Shown piece by piece: positions 9,638 through 18,005 of a DNA stretch of 64,000 nt. Within the stretch, counting starts at the first letter, position 1. Every line of letters begins with the position of its first letter. The position numbers and the translations under genes are program-made. The stretch is taken from positions 13,038 to 77,037 of the forward strand of contig JANQFA010000022.1 in NCBI GenBank assembly GCA_028278065.1. The letters run 5' to 3'. This stretch comes from Myxococcota bacterium. GTDB lineage: Bacteria; Myxococcota_A; UBA9160; JAFDET01. The notes beneath the pieces were generated by a model. It was not told the DNA's origin, did no database searches, and was given only the letters and a program-made list of their open reading frames with translations.

Positions 9638-11008
9638 TCAATCGCTCCCGGGCTTCGCTCGACGCGCCGCGTCTTCGGCGGCCCGCACCACGCGGCGGAG
9701 CGGCACACCGTGGCGGCGAGCCGCGCGCTTGCAGTCGTCGTACTCGGCCGAGACCTCGACCCCGCCGTCGGGGTCCCGCGACCACTTCACGGCGATCCGG
9801 CCGTAGTCGGTCTTCACCCGGACGACCTCCCGCGGCAGGACCAGCCGGTCCCACTCGGCCACACGCACCCCCAGGGCGGAGGACTCGGCGAACAGGACGC
9901 CGGCCAGGGCCTCGCGATCCGCCGGACGCCCCAGCACCCGGACCGCGAACCCGGGCCGGTTCTTCTTCCCCTGCAGGTGCTGCAGCGCCACGTCGAGGGC
10001 GCCCGCCTCGAGGAGCCGATCCATGAGGTGATCGAAGTGCTCCGGGATCAGGTCGTCCAGGTGGGTCTCGAGGACCAGGACCCGGTCCCAGGCGGGGCCA
10101 CCGTCACGCCCCAGGACGGCCCGCAGCACGTTGGGCATCGGGCCCTCGCGGTCGAGCCCGGCACCGTGGCCGATCGACTCGGGGATCAGCGCGGGCAGGG
10201 GCCTGAAGGCATCCACCACGGTGCGCACGATGGCCGCACCGGTAGGCGTCACCGTCTCCCACCCCACGCCCGCCGGCACGGTGGGAATGCCCCGCAGCAG
10301 CTCGAGCGTGGCGGGAGCCGGCAGGGGCAGGAGGCCGTGCTCGGTCTGCACCGTGCCGTGGCCGAGCGCGAGGGGCGAGCAGGTCACCCGCTCGACCTCG
10401 AGCCGCTCCAGGGCGATGGCAGCGCCGGCGACGTCGACCAGGGCATCTACCGCGCCCACCTCGTGGAAATGGACCTTCGCCAGAGGCGTGCCGTGCACCG
10501 CCGCCTCCGCCTCGGCCAGGGCGCGGAAGATCGCCAGCGCCCGCTCGCGCACCGACGCCACCAGCCGGGCCTTCTCCAGGATGCGCACGATCTCGGAGTA
10601 GTGGCGGCCGTGGTGGTGGGCGTGCTTCCGCTTCTTCGGCTTCTTCTCGTCGCGCCCACGGCGAGCCCCCCGCACGCTCGCGTCCGCGTCGCGCCCACGG
10701 CGAGTCCCCCGCACGCTCGCGTCCGCGTCGCGCCCACGGCGAGTCCCCCGCACGCTCGCGTCCGCGTCGCGCCCGCCGCGCGCCCCGGGAACCCGAACGT
10801 CGACGAAGCGGGCCCCCAGCACGCCGCGCTTCACCCGCGACACCACGAGCCGGTGATCGACGCCGAGGCCAGCCAGGTCCGCGGCCAGCGTCTTGCGCGA
10901 GAGCCCCGCATCGAGGAGCGCGCCCAGGAACATGTTGCCAGCCACGCCTGAGAAGCAATCGAGGTGGAGGACGCGCGCGCCGGCGAGCCTGGGGGATCGG
11001 GGAGCCAC
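9638..11008 (-). CDS. larC: Nickel-pincer cofactor nickel insertion protein LarC (DUF111)
   Basis: VLHLDCFSGVAGNMFLGALLDAG at the N-terminus, His-rich KHAHHHGRHY, then HFHEVGAVDALVDVAG. The overall layout is DUF111/LarC. Confidence 0.85.
   Translation of the reverse strand: MAPRSPRLAGARVLHLDCFSGVAGNMFLGALLDAGLSRKTLAADLAGLGVDHRLVVSRVKRGVLGARFVDVRVPGARGGRDADASVRGTRRGRDADASVRGTRRGRDADASVRGARRGRDEKKPKKRKHAHHHGRHYSEIVRILEKARLVASVRERALAIFRALAEAEAAVHGTPLAKVHFHEVGAVDALVDVAGAAIALERLEVERVTCSPLALGHGTVQTEHGLLPLPAPATLELLRGIPTVPAGVGWETVTPTGAAIVRTVVDAFRPLPALIPESIGHGAGLDREGPMPNVLRAVLGRDGGPAWDRVLVLETHLDDLIPEHFDHLMDRLLEAGALDVALQHLQGKKNRPGFAVRVLGRPADREALAGVLFAESSALGVRVAEWDRLVLPREVVRVKTDYGRIAVKWSRDPDGGVEVSAEYDDCKRAARRHGVPLRRVVRAAEDAARRAKPGSD
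10651..10780. repeat. 39-bp tandem repeat x3.3 inside larC (in frame, 13 aa GRDADASVRGTRR)
   Basis: Units at 10651-10689, 10690-10728 and 10729-10767 plus a partial fourth. Copies 2 and 3 are identical and copy 1 differs by 1 nt. Confidence 0.9.
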
Positions 11009-11017
11009 GGAGAGGGT

Positions 11018-11767
11018 CTACAGCCGATTGATCAGGGTCGCCACGTGGGCGGCGCCGAAGCCGTTGTCGATGTTCACGACGGTGACGTTGGAGGCGCAGC
11101 TCGTCAGCATGCCGAGGAGCGCGGCCACACCGCCGAAGGCCGCTCCGTAGCCGACGCTGGTGGGCACCGCGATGACGGGCTTGTCCACCATGCCGCCCAC
11201 CACGGTGGGCAGAGCACCCTCCATGCCGGCGACCACGATCAGGACGCGCGCCGCGCGCAGCGCCTCGCTCGATGCCAGCAGGCGGTGCAACCCCGCGACG
11301 CCCACGTCCGCCAGCTCGTCCACCTTGTTGCCGAAGCGTCGTGCCACCGCGGCCGCCTCGGCGGCCACCGGGCGGTCCGAGGTCCCGGCCGAGACCACCG
11401 CGATGGTGCCGTTGCCGGTGATCGGGATCTCCCGGGGCCCGTACCAGAGGATGCGCGCGTCCTGGTCGTACTCGCCGCCCGGGAGCTCGGCGTTCACGGC
11501 GGCCGCCACGTCCGCCTCGACCCGGGTGGCCAGGACGGTCTGCCCGGCCTCGCGCAGCGTCTGGGCCACCTCGGCGATCTGACCGGGCGTCTTGCCGGGC
11601 CCGAAGATCACCTCGGGCAGGCCCTGGCGGAGCGCGCGGTGCGTATCCACCCGGGCAGCGGGAGTGTCCACGAAGGGGAGGCGCGCGAGCTCCTCCGCGG
11701 CGGCCTCGGGGGCGAGATCTCCCCGCTGCACCGATTCGAGGAGCGCGCGCAGGCGGTCGCGAGTCAT
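11018..11767 (-). CDS. larB: Pyridinium-3,5-biscarboxylic acid mononucleotide synthase LarB (PurE-like)
   Basis: 249 aa. GTIAVVSAGTSDRPVAAEA...IVVAGMEGALPTVVGGMVDKPVIAVPTSVGYGA matches the AIR-carboxylase-like LarB core. Confidence 0.85.
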   Translation of the reverse strand: MTRDRLRALLESVQRGDLAPEAAAEELARLPFVDTPAARVDTHRALRQGLPEVIFGPGKTPGQIAEVAQTLREAGQTVLATRVEADVAAAVNAELPGGEYDQDARILWYGPREIPITGNGTIAVVSAGTSDRPVAAEAAAVARRFGNKVDELADVGVAGLHRLLASSEALRAARVLIVVAGMEGALPTVVGGMVDKPVIAVPTSVGYGAAFGGVAALLGMLTSCASNVTVVNIDNGFGAAHVATLINRL

Positions 11768-11908
11768 GCGGAGATCCTAGCGGAGCCGCGGATCGCCACC
11801 TGCTCCGACCGCGCCCGGTCGACCGCGGTACACTCGCGGCCCTGCAGCCCGGCGCTGGAGAGCCGCATCCAGCAGCGGCCGACACCTCTCGTGGATGGAG
11901 ACGATGCG

Positions 11909-13126
11909 ATGGTTCGAGTGATCAAGCTGGGGATCAAGCGCCCCGCCACCCGCGGGCTGCTGCCCGACCCGGAGCCCCGCGACGTGAGCTACACGCTCAT
12001 CTCCGTCGACGACCACCTGATGGAGCCACCGCACACCTTCGAGGATCGCCTGCCACGGCGCCTGCAGGACCGGGCACCGCGCGTCGTGGAGACCGAGGAG
12101 GGACACCAGGTATGGGAGTTCGACGGACAGCCGTACTTCCAGGTGGGCTTCATGTGCGTCGCGGGACGGCCCCGCGAGGACCACCGCGTCGAGCCGGCTC
12201 GCTACGACGAGGTGCGGCCCGGCTGCTGGCGGATCGACGATCGCATCAAGGACATGGACATCGGAGGGATCTGGGCCTCGGTGAACTTCCCGTCCGGCGT
12301 GACCGGCTTCGGCGGGACGCTCTTCTCCGAGACGAAGGACCAGGAGCTGGGGCTCGCCTGCGTGCGCGCCTGGAACGACTGGCTCTTCGAGGAGTGGTAC
12401 TCGCCGTACCCGGACCGGATCGTGCCGCTCGGCATCACCCTGCTCTCGGACCCGGAGAAGGGCGCCGAGGAGATCCGTCGCAACGCGGCGCGCGGCTTTC
12501 GCGCGGTGACGCTCCCCGAGCAGCCCCACCGACTGGGCTACCCGCCGGTCTTCGACTCCCACTGGGACCCCATCGTGCGCGCCTGCGCCGAGACGGAGAC
12601 GGTCCTCAACCTGCACATCGGCGCGTCGGGCTTCGCCCAGATGCCGCCGGGGGCGCCCCTGCTCGAGCTGGGTGCCACGCTCTTCGGCCCCATGGCCATC
12701 GAGGCCTGCGCGGAGTGGCTCTGGAGCGGCTATCCGGCCCGCTATCCCGAGCTCAAGATCGCGATGTCCGAGGGAGGCATCGGCTGGGTGGCGATGCTGA
12801 TCGATCGCATCGACAACATCATGGCGCGCTCCGGCTACGGGAAGGGTTGGCCGGACGAGAAGAACTCCCCGACGGACGTCCTGCGCCGGAACTTCTGGTT
12901 CTGCATGATCGACGATCCCTCGACCATCTCGACCCGACACGTGATCGGCGTCGAGAACATCCTCTTCGAGTCCGACTACCCGCACGGGGACGGGACCTGG
13001 CCGGACACCCAGCAGGTGATGCGGGACGTCCTCGGCTCGCTGCCTCCCGAGGAGATCCGCATGATCGCGCACGAGAACGCGGCGCGGCTCTACCGGCACC
13101 CGCTTCCCGAGGGCTGCCTGCCCTGA
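11909..13126 (+). CDS. Amidohydrolase-2 (ACMSD/LigW-like metal-dependent hydrolase/decarboxylase) family protein
   Basis: Internal ATG at 11909 of ORF 10964..13126. Features include LISVDDHLMEPPH, NLHIGASG, and ILFESDYPHGDGTWP near the C-terminus, typical of PF04909-type TIM-barrel enzymes. Confidence 0.75.
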   Translation: MVRVIKLGIKRPATRGLLPDPEPRDVSYTLISVDDHLMEPPHTFEDRLPRRLQDRAPRVVETEEGHQVWEFDGQPYFQVGFMCVAGRPREDHRVEPARYDEVRPGCWRIDDRIKDMDIGGIWASVNFPSGVTGFGGTLFSETKDQELGLACVRAWNDWLFEEWYSPYPDRIVPLGITLLSDPEKGAEEIRRNAARGFRAVTLPEQPHRLGYPPVFDSHWDPIVRACAETETVLNLHIGASGFAQMPPGAPLLELGATLFGPMAIEACAEWLWSGYPARYPELKIAMSEGGIGWVAMLIDRIDNIMARSGYGKGWPDEKNSPTDVLRRNFWFCMIDDPSTISTRHVIGVENILFESDYPHGDGTWPDTQQVMRDVLGSLPPEEIRMIAHENAARLYRHPLPEGCLP

Positions 13127-13157
13127 GCCCAGCTGCGCCCCCACGGGGGCGGCGGGG

Positions 13158-13185
13158 TATGACCAAGGTCATATCGTGACCGGTC
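13158..13185. promoter_or_regulatory. Operator-like palindromes upstream of the radical-SAM pair
   Basis: TATGACC-AA-GGTCATA (13158-13173, perfect 7-bp arms), followed by TGACCGGTC (13177-13185, containing the 8-bp palindrome GACCGGTC). They lie 54-81 nt upstream of the ATG at 13239. Confidence 0.35.
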
Positions 13186-13238
13186 CCGGTGTGGCGTAAT
13201 GGACACTGCTGCTGCTGCGCTGCCCGAGGATCCGGACG

Positions 13239-14348
13239 ATGAGCACCCCCCGCCACGCTGAACTCCAGGGATTCCGGTACCGGCGTCCTCCGCGCGTGGC
13301 GGTCTCGAACTTCGTCCAGAACATCCACTACGCGTTGGACTGGAGGAAGTGGCGACGAACGGGTCGGCTGGCGCTGCGGACGCTGCAGGGCCTGCGCGGC
13401 CGACCCATGGTCCGTCAGGTCGAGATCGCGTTGGACTACGACTGCAACCTCTCGTGCCCCCACTGCAGCCGTTCCCGCCTCATGCGCGAGGGGGACTCTC
13501 CCCTGACGCTGGACGAGTACCGCGGCCTCTACGACGAGTTCGATCGGATGGGTGTCGTCAGCTACGCGTTCACCGGGGGCGAGCCTCTGCTGATCATGGA
13601 TCGACTCCTCGACGTCATCCGGATCTTCGAGCCGCGCCGCAACGTGATCGGCATCCAGACCAACGCGCTGCTGCTCAACGACGAGCGCGCCACCCGCCTC
13701 CGAAACGCCGGGGTCGACATGATCCAGGCGAGCCTCGACGAGTTCCACACGGAAGATGCGGGCATCGTCAACTTCACCAAGGCGGAGCGGAAGCTGGCGG
13801 TGGTGCGGCGGAGCGGGATGAAGATGACCTTCACCACGGTCGTCACCCACAGCAACATCGGATCTCCCGTTCTCGAGGAGATGATCCGCTTCACGCGCGA
13901 CAACGGCACGACGCTCTTCCTCAACATCGCCGTGCCGGTGGGGAGCTGGTCGGGACGCACGGACGTCCGCCTCGACGAGGCGGATCAGATCGCCTTGCGC
14001 GAGCTCACTCTGCGACACCCCCACACCCGCCTGGACTTCGCAGCCAACTTCGCGGGCTTCGGCTGCCCGGCCTTCAAGGAGCGGATGTACGTCACGCCCT
14101 ACGGTGAGGTACTCGGCTGCCCCTTCCTGCAGGTCGCTGCCGGCTCCATCCGCAAGGGAGAGAGCATTCGCAGCATCCAGCAGAAGGCACTCTCCCTCCC
14201 CTGCTTCGATCACTATCACGACCGCTGCCTGGCCGGGGAGGATGCGTCCTTCCTCGAGCAGTACATCCCGATCTACGACGAGGCCACAGCGCTGCCCTTC
14301 GCGTGGGATCGCCTCGCGGAGCGGATCGGCGAGGAGCGACGATCGTGA
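13239..14348 (+). CDS. Radical SAM enzyme with C-terminal Cys-rich (twitch/SPASM-like) extension, paralog 1
   Basis: CNLSCPHC is a CX3CX2C cluster motif. Other features are GGEPLL and a C-terminal GCPAFKERMYVTPYGEVLGCP...PCFDHYHDRC. Confidence 0.8.
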   Translation: MSTPRHAELQGFRYRRPPRVAVSNFVQNIHYALDWRKWRRTGRLALRTLQGLRGRPMVRQVEIALDYDCNLSCPHCSRSRLMREGDSPLTLDEYRGLYDEFDRMGVVSYAFTGGEPLLIMDRLLDVIRIFEPRRNVIGIQTNALLLNDERATRLRNAGVDMIQASLDEFHTEDAGIVNFTKAERKLAVVRRSGMKMTFTTVVTHSNIGSPVLEEMIRFTRDNGTTLFLNIAVPVGSWSGRTDVRLDEADQIALRELTLRHPHTRLDFAANFAGFGCPAFKERMYVTPYGEVLGCPFLQVAAGSIRKGESIRSIQQKALSLPCFDHYHDRCLAGEDASFLEQYIPIYDEATALPFAWDRLAERIGEERRS

Positions 14349-14403
14349 GAGGCGGCGGCCCCGCCGCGGCGCGGCTGCACGATGGCGGAAGGCGATAGAG
14401 CCC

Positions 14404-15528
14404 ATGCGTCTGGATGGACTTCGCAAGACCCTCCACCAGGTCGACAAGATCCGCTATCGACCCGCACTGTTGCAGAAGATCGCGCGCGGGTACTTCCGCA
14501 CCCTGGTGCTGCGCAGGCCCACGCTGCGCGTCGTCGAGTTCTCGATCAACCACGCCTGTCAGTCGAAGTGCGGCTACTGCTACGCCGCCAAGTTCCGCCG
14601 CCCGGGCGAGCGGATGCTCGAAGTCGACGAGATCCGCGACATCTGGCGCCAGTCGTCGGAGATGGGCGCGGTCGGAAGCCTGATCCTGGGCGGAGAGCCG
14701 ACCCTGCACCCGAAGTTCCTGGACATCGTGGCGGCGCTCGAACCGAAGAAGAACATCGTCACCGTCGCCACTAACTGCATCACGTTGACGGAGGAGACCA
14801 TCGTCGAGCTCAAGCGCCTCGGCGTCTTCGTTCTCTACGTCAGCATCAACTCCACCGATCCCGAGACGAACGACCTCGTGCGAGGCTACGAGGGACACTA
14901 CGAACACGTGATGCGCGTGATCGACTCGTGCAGACGTCACGACATCGACGTGATGCTCCCCATCACGACATCGAAGAAGCTGCTTCCCGAGACCCTCAAG
15001 CTGCTGGACTTCGCCCGGCAGCACGGGATGACGGCCAGCATCGGCCTCATGGCCCCGACCGGACGCCAGGAGGGCCGCAAGGAAGAGCTGTTCGACGAGA
15101 CGTTCTGGACACAGCTTCGCGAGCTCTACGACCGCAACCCGGGCCTGCGCGGCGACTGGGATACGAACTTCACGTTGAAGGTGGGGTGCCCGGCGGGGTT
15201 CGAGAAGATCCACGTGAGCCCCTACGGCCACGTGACGGGCTGCGCGATCCAGCCGATGTCCTTCGGCAAGCTCCCCGACGAGCCACTCGAAGACGTCGTG
15301 GCGCGCATGCGCCGATTCAGGCACTTCAGCAAGCGCTCGGAGCACTGCATCGTCGCCCTCGACGAGGAGTTCATCGGCGACTACGTCGACCCCTCCATCG
15401 ACCAGCCCTCCACGCCCTACCCGATCGAGGACAATCCCTGCTACGCGGGGGACTGCGGGGGATGCGGAGTCGAGCGAGGTGGCGCGGCGCGGCGGTTTGC
15501 GCGCCGGGAGACCCGGCCTCGCGATTGA
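14404..15528 (+). CDS. Radical SAM enzyme with C-terminal Cys-rich extension, paralog 2
   Basis: Internal ATG at 14404 of ORF 14104..15528. Features are CQSKCGYC, GGEPTL, GCPAGFEKIHVSPYGHVTGC and a terminal CYAGDCGGC. It is collinear with paralog 1. Confidence 0.8.
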   Translation: MRLDGLRKTLHQVDKIRYRPALLQKIARGYFRTLVLRRPTLRVVEFSINHACQSKCGYCYAAKFRRPGERMLEVDEIRDIWRQSSEMGAVGSLILGGEPTLHPKFLDIVAALEPKKNIVTVATNCITLTEETIVELKRLGVFVLYVSINSTDPETNDLVRGYEGHYEHVMRVIDSCRRHDIDVMLPITTSKKLLPETLKLLDFARQHGMTASIGLMAPTGRQEGRKEELFDETFWTQLRELYDRNPGLRGDWDTNFTLKVGCPAGFEKIHVSPYGHVTGCAIQPMSFGKLPDEPLEDVVARMRRFRHFSKRSEHCIVALDEEFIGDYVDPSIDQPSTPYPIEDNPCYAGDCGGCGVERGGAARRFARRETRPRD

Positions 15529-15544
15529 TGCGCGCGAGCTCCAC

Positions 15545-15562
15545 CCCGACCCAGGGGTCGGG
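15545..15562. terminator. Hairpin between convergent radical-SAM and crp/fnr genes
   Basis: CCCGACCC-ag-GGGTCGGG is a perfect inverted repeat. Confidence 0.4.
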
Positions 15563-15584
15563 CAGGCAGCCCCATCCGGCGACG

Positions 15585-16283
15585 CTACTCGCTGCCGGAA
15601 CCCGCGATCTTCCGCAACGCCGGCTCGTCGAGTACCTGCACCCGGCCCACCTCGCCGCGCACGATTCCCGCCACCTCGAAGCGCCGCACGATGCGGATGG
15701 CGGTCTCGACGCTGGTACCCGCCGTCTCGGCCAGGGCTCTGCGCGTCACACGCGCTTCACCGCCGGCGGTGGCGGCCAGCAGGGCCAGGGCCACGCGGGT
15801 GGGAGCCGGGTCGTGGGCCAATGAACGCAGACGGTCGTGGGCTTCGTGCAGACGACGCGAGACGATCTGCAGGATCTCCACCGCCAGGCGGGGATCCTCG
15901 GCGAGCAGACCGAGGAACGTCTCGCGCTTCAGCCACCAGGCAGCACCGTCGGTCACGGTCTCGGCGCTCGCCGGGTACGTATCCCGCTCGATGGCGGACA
16001 CCGCGCCGAACACCTCCCCTGGGCCCAGCACGTCGAGGGTGGTGATCTGGCCCGTGGGCGAGCTCTTGTAGAGCCGCACCTCCCCCCGCTGGACCACCCA
16101 GAGCCGATCTGCAGCACCGCCCTCGAAGTAGAGCACCTGTTGACGCTCGAAGCGCTTGGATACGAGCTGGGGCTTCACCTGCTCGAGGCGCTCCGGAGGA
16201 AGCGCGCGAAAGAACTCGGCGTTCTCGACCGCGGCGTCGAGCCCCGTGTGCAGCGGAGGGCTTCCCACTATGATCGCGATCAT
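15585..16283 (-). CDS. Crp/Fnr family transcriptional regulator
   Basis: cNMP-binding-like beta-roll (LYFEGGAADRLWVVQRGEVRLYK...GPGEVFG) and a C-terminal HTH (TRRALAETAGTSVETAIRIVRRF). Confidence 0.85.
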   Translation of the reverse strand: MIAIIVGSPPLHTGLDAAVENAEFFRALPPERLEQVKPQLVSKRFERQQVLYFEGGAADRLWVVQRGEVRLYKSSPTGQITTLDVLGPGEVFGAVSAIERDTYPASAETVTDGAAWWLKRETFLGLLAEDPRLAVEILQIVSRRLHEAHDRLRSLAHDPAPTRVALALLAATAGGEARVTRRALAETAGTSVETAIRIVRRFEVAGIVRGEVGRVQVLDEPALRKIAGSGSE

Positions 16284-16354
16284 AACCGACCCCGGCTGCG
16301 ACTCATTAGGAGAAGGGACAGCGCCCGGGGAAGACCCGGCTGAGGGGAGATGCG

Positions 16355-16750
16355 ATGGAGGGACCGGTAACCGCCGAACACCGGCGACTGGACGTGCTGC
16401 TCGAGGCGGCGCTCGCCGCGCTCGCCTCCGAGGCGGAGCCGGACGCTGCCCGCGGAACGCTCGGCGCGCTGCGCGCGGCCCTCGAGACCCATTTCGACCA
16501 GGAAAGCCGGCTCTACTTCCCCGCCATCGAAGCCCTGCGGCCGGACCTGAAGCCGGACATCCAACGACTCCTCGATGCGCACGGGAGCTTCCGCAGGCGC
16601 CTCGACCACATCGAGACCCGGCTCTCGGAGAGGGGCCTCGCCGAGGCGCACGCAGACCTCCAGGCGTTCTCCCGCGATTTCTCGGCCCACGAAGCCGCCG
16701 AGGAGGCGATGCTGGTGGAGCTCACGCACGACGCGGCTGTCATGCCCTGA
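16355..16750 (+). CDS. Hemerythrin HHE cation-binding domain protein
   Basis: 131 aa. EHRRLD...HFDQESRLYFPAIE...AHEAAEEAML gives a His/Glu pattern typical of hemerythrin-like domains. It is divergent from crp/fnr. Confidence 0.6.
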   Translation: MEGPVTAEHRRLDVLLEAALAALASEAEPDAARGTLGALRAALETHFDQESRLYFPAIEALRPDLKPDIQRLLDAHGSFRRRLDHIETRLSERGLAEAHADLQAFSRDFSAHEAAEEAMLVELTHDAAVMP

Positions 16751-16867
16751 ACCCGGAGCCGACCGGCGAGCCATCCTGCCAGCGCGGCAGGACTATGACG
16801 CCGGTCATACGGACCTCCCACGAGACGGTTAGCTTGCTGCCCGAGCCGCACACTCGGCGTCAGCGCG

Positions 16868-17986
16868 ATGGGGGGAGCGATGAGGATGCCCGTCTGGGGG
16901 ATCGGTGCAGCTGGAGTCCAATCACGGGTCGACGCGACCCTGATCCGGGGCGACGGGGATCCGAGCTGGGAGATCGCCGGTCTCTCCCTGGGCGAACGCA
17001 CCCGCCGGGCCCTGGCAGCCGTGGGGCTCCCCTCGGCGCGGGGCGCGAGCCACAACGGGGCGCTCCTGCTGGTCTCCGGCGACGCCCTGCTGGAGCCGGA
17101 CGCGATCCGGGCACTCCTCGGCCGATTCCGCAGCCACGACGGGGCGGTGGCGCACGCCAACTGGAAGGGGGGGCTCGCGGCCCTGCGGGTACCCGTCGGA
17201 ACGCCCATTCCCGCCGACGCGGGCGGGCTCGCACGGCTGGCTGAACGCTTCCGGGCGACCCGCAGCCTGCGTGTCGTGGACCCGGGAGACGCTCGCTGCG
17301 AGCGGATTCGCAGCGTCGAGGACGCGGAGAGGGTGCACGCCGAGATGCTGGCCGCGTTGCCCCAGGCGACCGACGGCTTCTTCGCTCGCTACCTGGACCG
17401 CCATCTCTCGATCCGCCTCTCCGTGGAGCTGGTCCGCCGCGGTGTCGCCCCGAACGCGATCACCGCCGTCGCGACTGCAGTCGGTCTGCTGGGTGCGGCC
17501 CTGCTCGCCTCCAGTCTCCATGGCCTCCAGGTACTCGGCGCGCTGCTCTTCGTCCTGTCGACGATCCTGGACGGCTGCGACGGCGAGGTCGCCCGCCTGT
17601 CGCTGCGCATGACCGAGTTCGGCCGCATGCTCGACCTGATCGGCGACAATCTGGTCCACGTAGCGGTGTTCGTCGCCATCGGCCACCTGGCGCTGCAGGC
17701 GAATCCGGGCATGCCCATGCAGCTGGCGGTCGGAGCGACACTCTTCGGCGTAGTAGCGGCCGTGGTGGTGTCGTTCCGGTACCTGAGCTGGTTGCAGCGC
17801 TCTGGCCGTCCCGCAGCGATCCTGCACCGGTACGAGGCCCTGCTGAGCCGGGACTGGGCCTACCTGGTGCTGGGGCTGGCGGTTCTCGGCCAGCTGCCAC
17901 TCCTGATCTGGGGGGCCGCACTCGGAAGCAACGCGGTGGCCGTCGGACTGCTCACGATGCGGCTCAGGGAATGGCCCCCGGCATGA
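16868..17986 (+). CDS. CDP-alcohol phosphatidyltransferase family protein with N-terminal nucleotidyltransferase-like extension
   Basis: DGCDGEVARLSLRMTEFGRMLDLIGDNLVH matches DGx2ARx8Gx3Dx3D, followed by multiple TM helices. The N-terminal ~170 aa are soluble, with a weak IPCT-like pattern. The start is uncertain. Confidence 0.75.
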   Translation: MGGAMRMPVWGIGAAGVQSRVDATLIRGDGDPSWEIAGLSLGERTRRALAAVGLPSARGASHNGALLLVSGDALLEPDAIRALLGRFRSHDGAVAHANWKGGLAALRVPVGTPIPADAGGLARLAERFRATRSLRVVDPGDARCERIRSVEDAERVHAEMLAALPQATDGFFARYLDRHLSIRLSVELVRRGVAPNAITAVATAVGLLGAALLASSLHGLQVLGALLFVLSTILDGCDGEVARLSLRMTEFGRMLDLIGDNLVHVAVFVAIGHLALQANPGMPMQLAVGATLFGVVAAVVVSFRYLSWLQRSGRPAAILHRYEALLSRDWAYLVLGLAVLGQLPLLIWGAALGSNAVAVGLLTMRLREWPPA

Positions 17987-18005
17987 GGCCGAGCCCGGAC
18001 GACGC

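Noticed and set aside
9544-9708. Extended 124-aa version of the histone-fold ORF.
   Set aside because: The N-terminal 55 residues are low-complexity and Gly/Pro-rich. The extension also overlaps the 3' end of larC (stop at 9638). The internal ATG has a purine-rich SD and yields a canonical-length histone fold.
13199-13261. 20-codon ORF (MDTAAAALPEDPDDEHPPPR) just upstream of, and overlapping, the first radical SAM gene, as a possible RiPP precursor.
   Set aside because: No SD and no Cys/Ser/Thr-rich core. It overlaps the rSAM start in another frame, so it is indistinguishable from chance.
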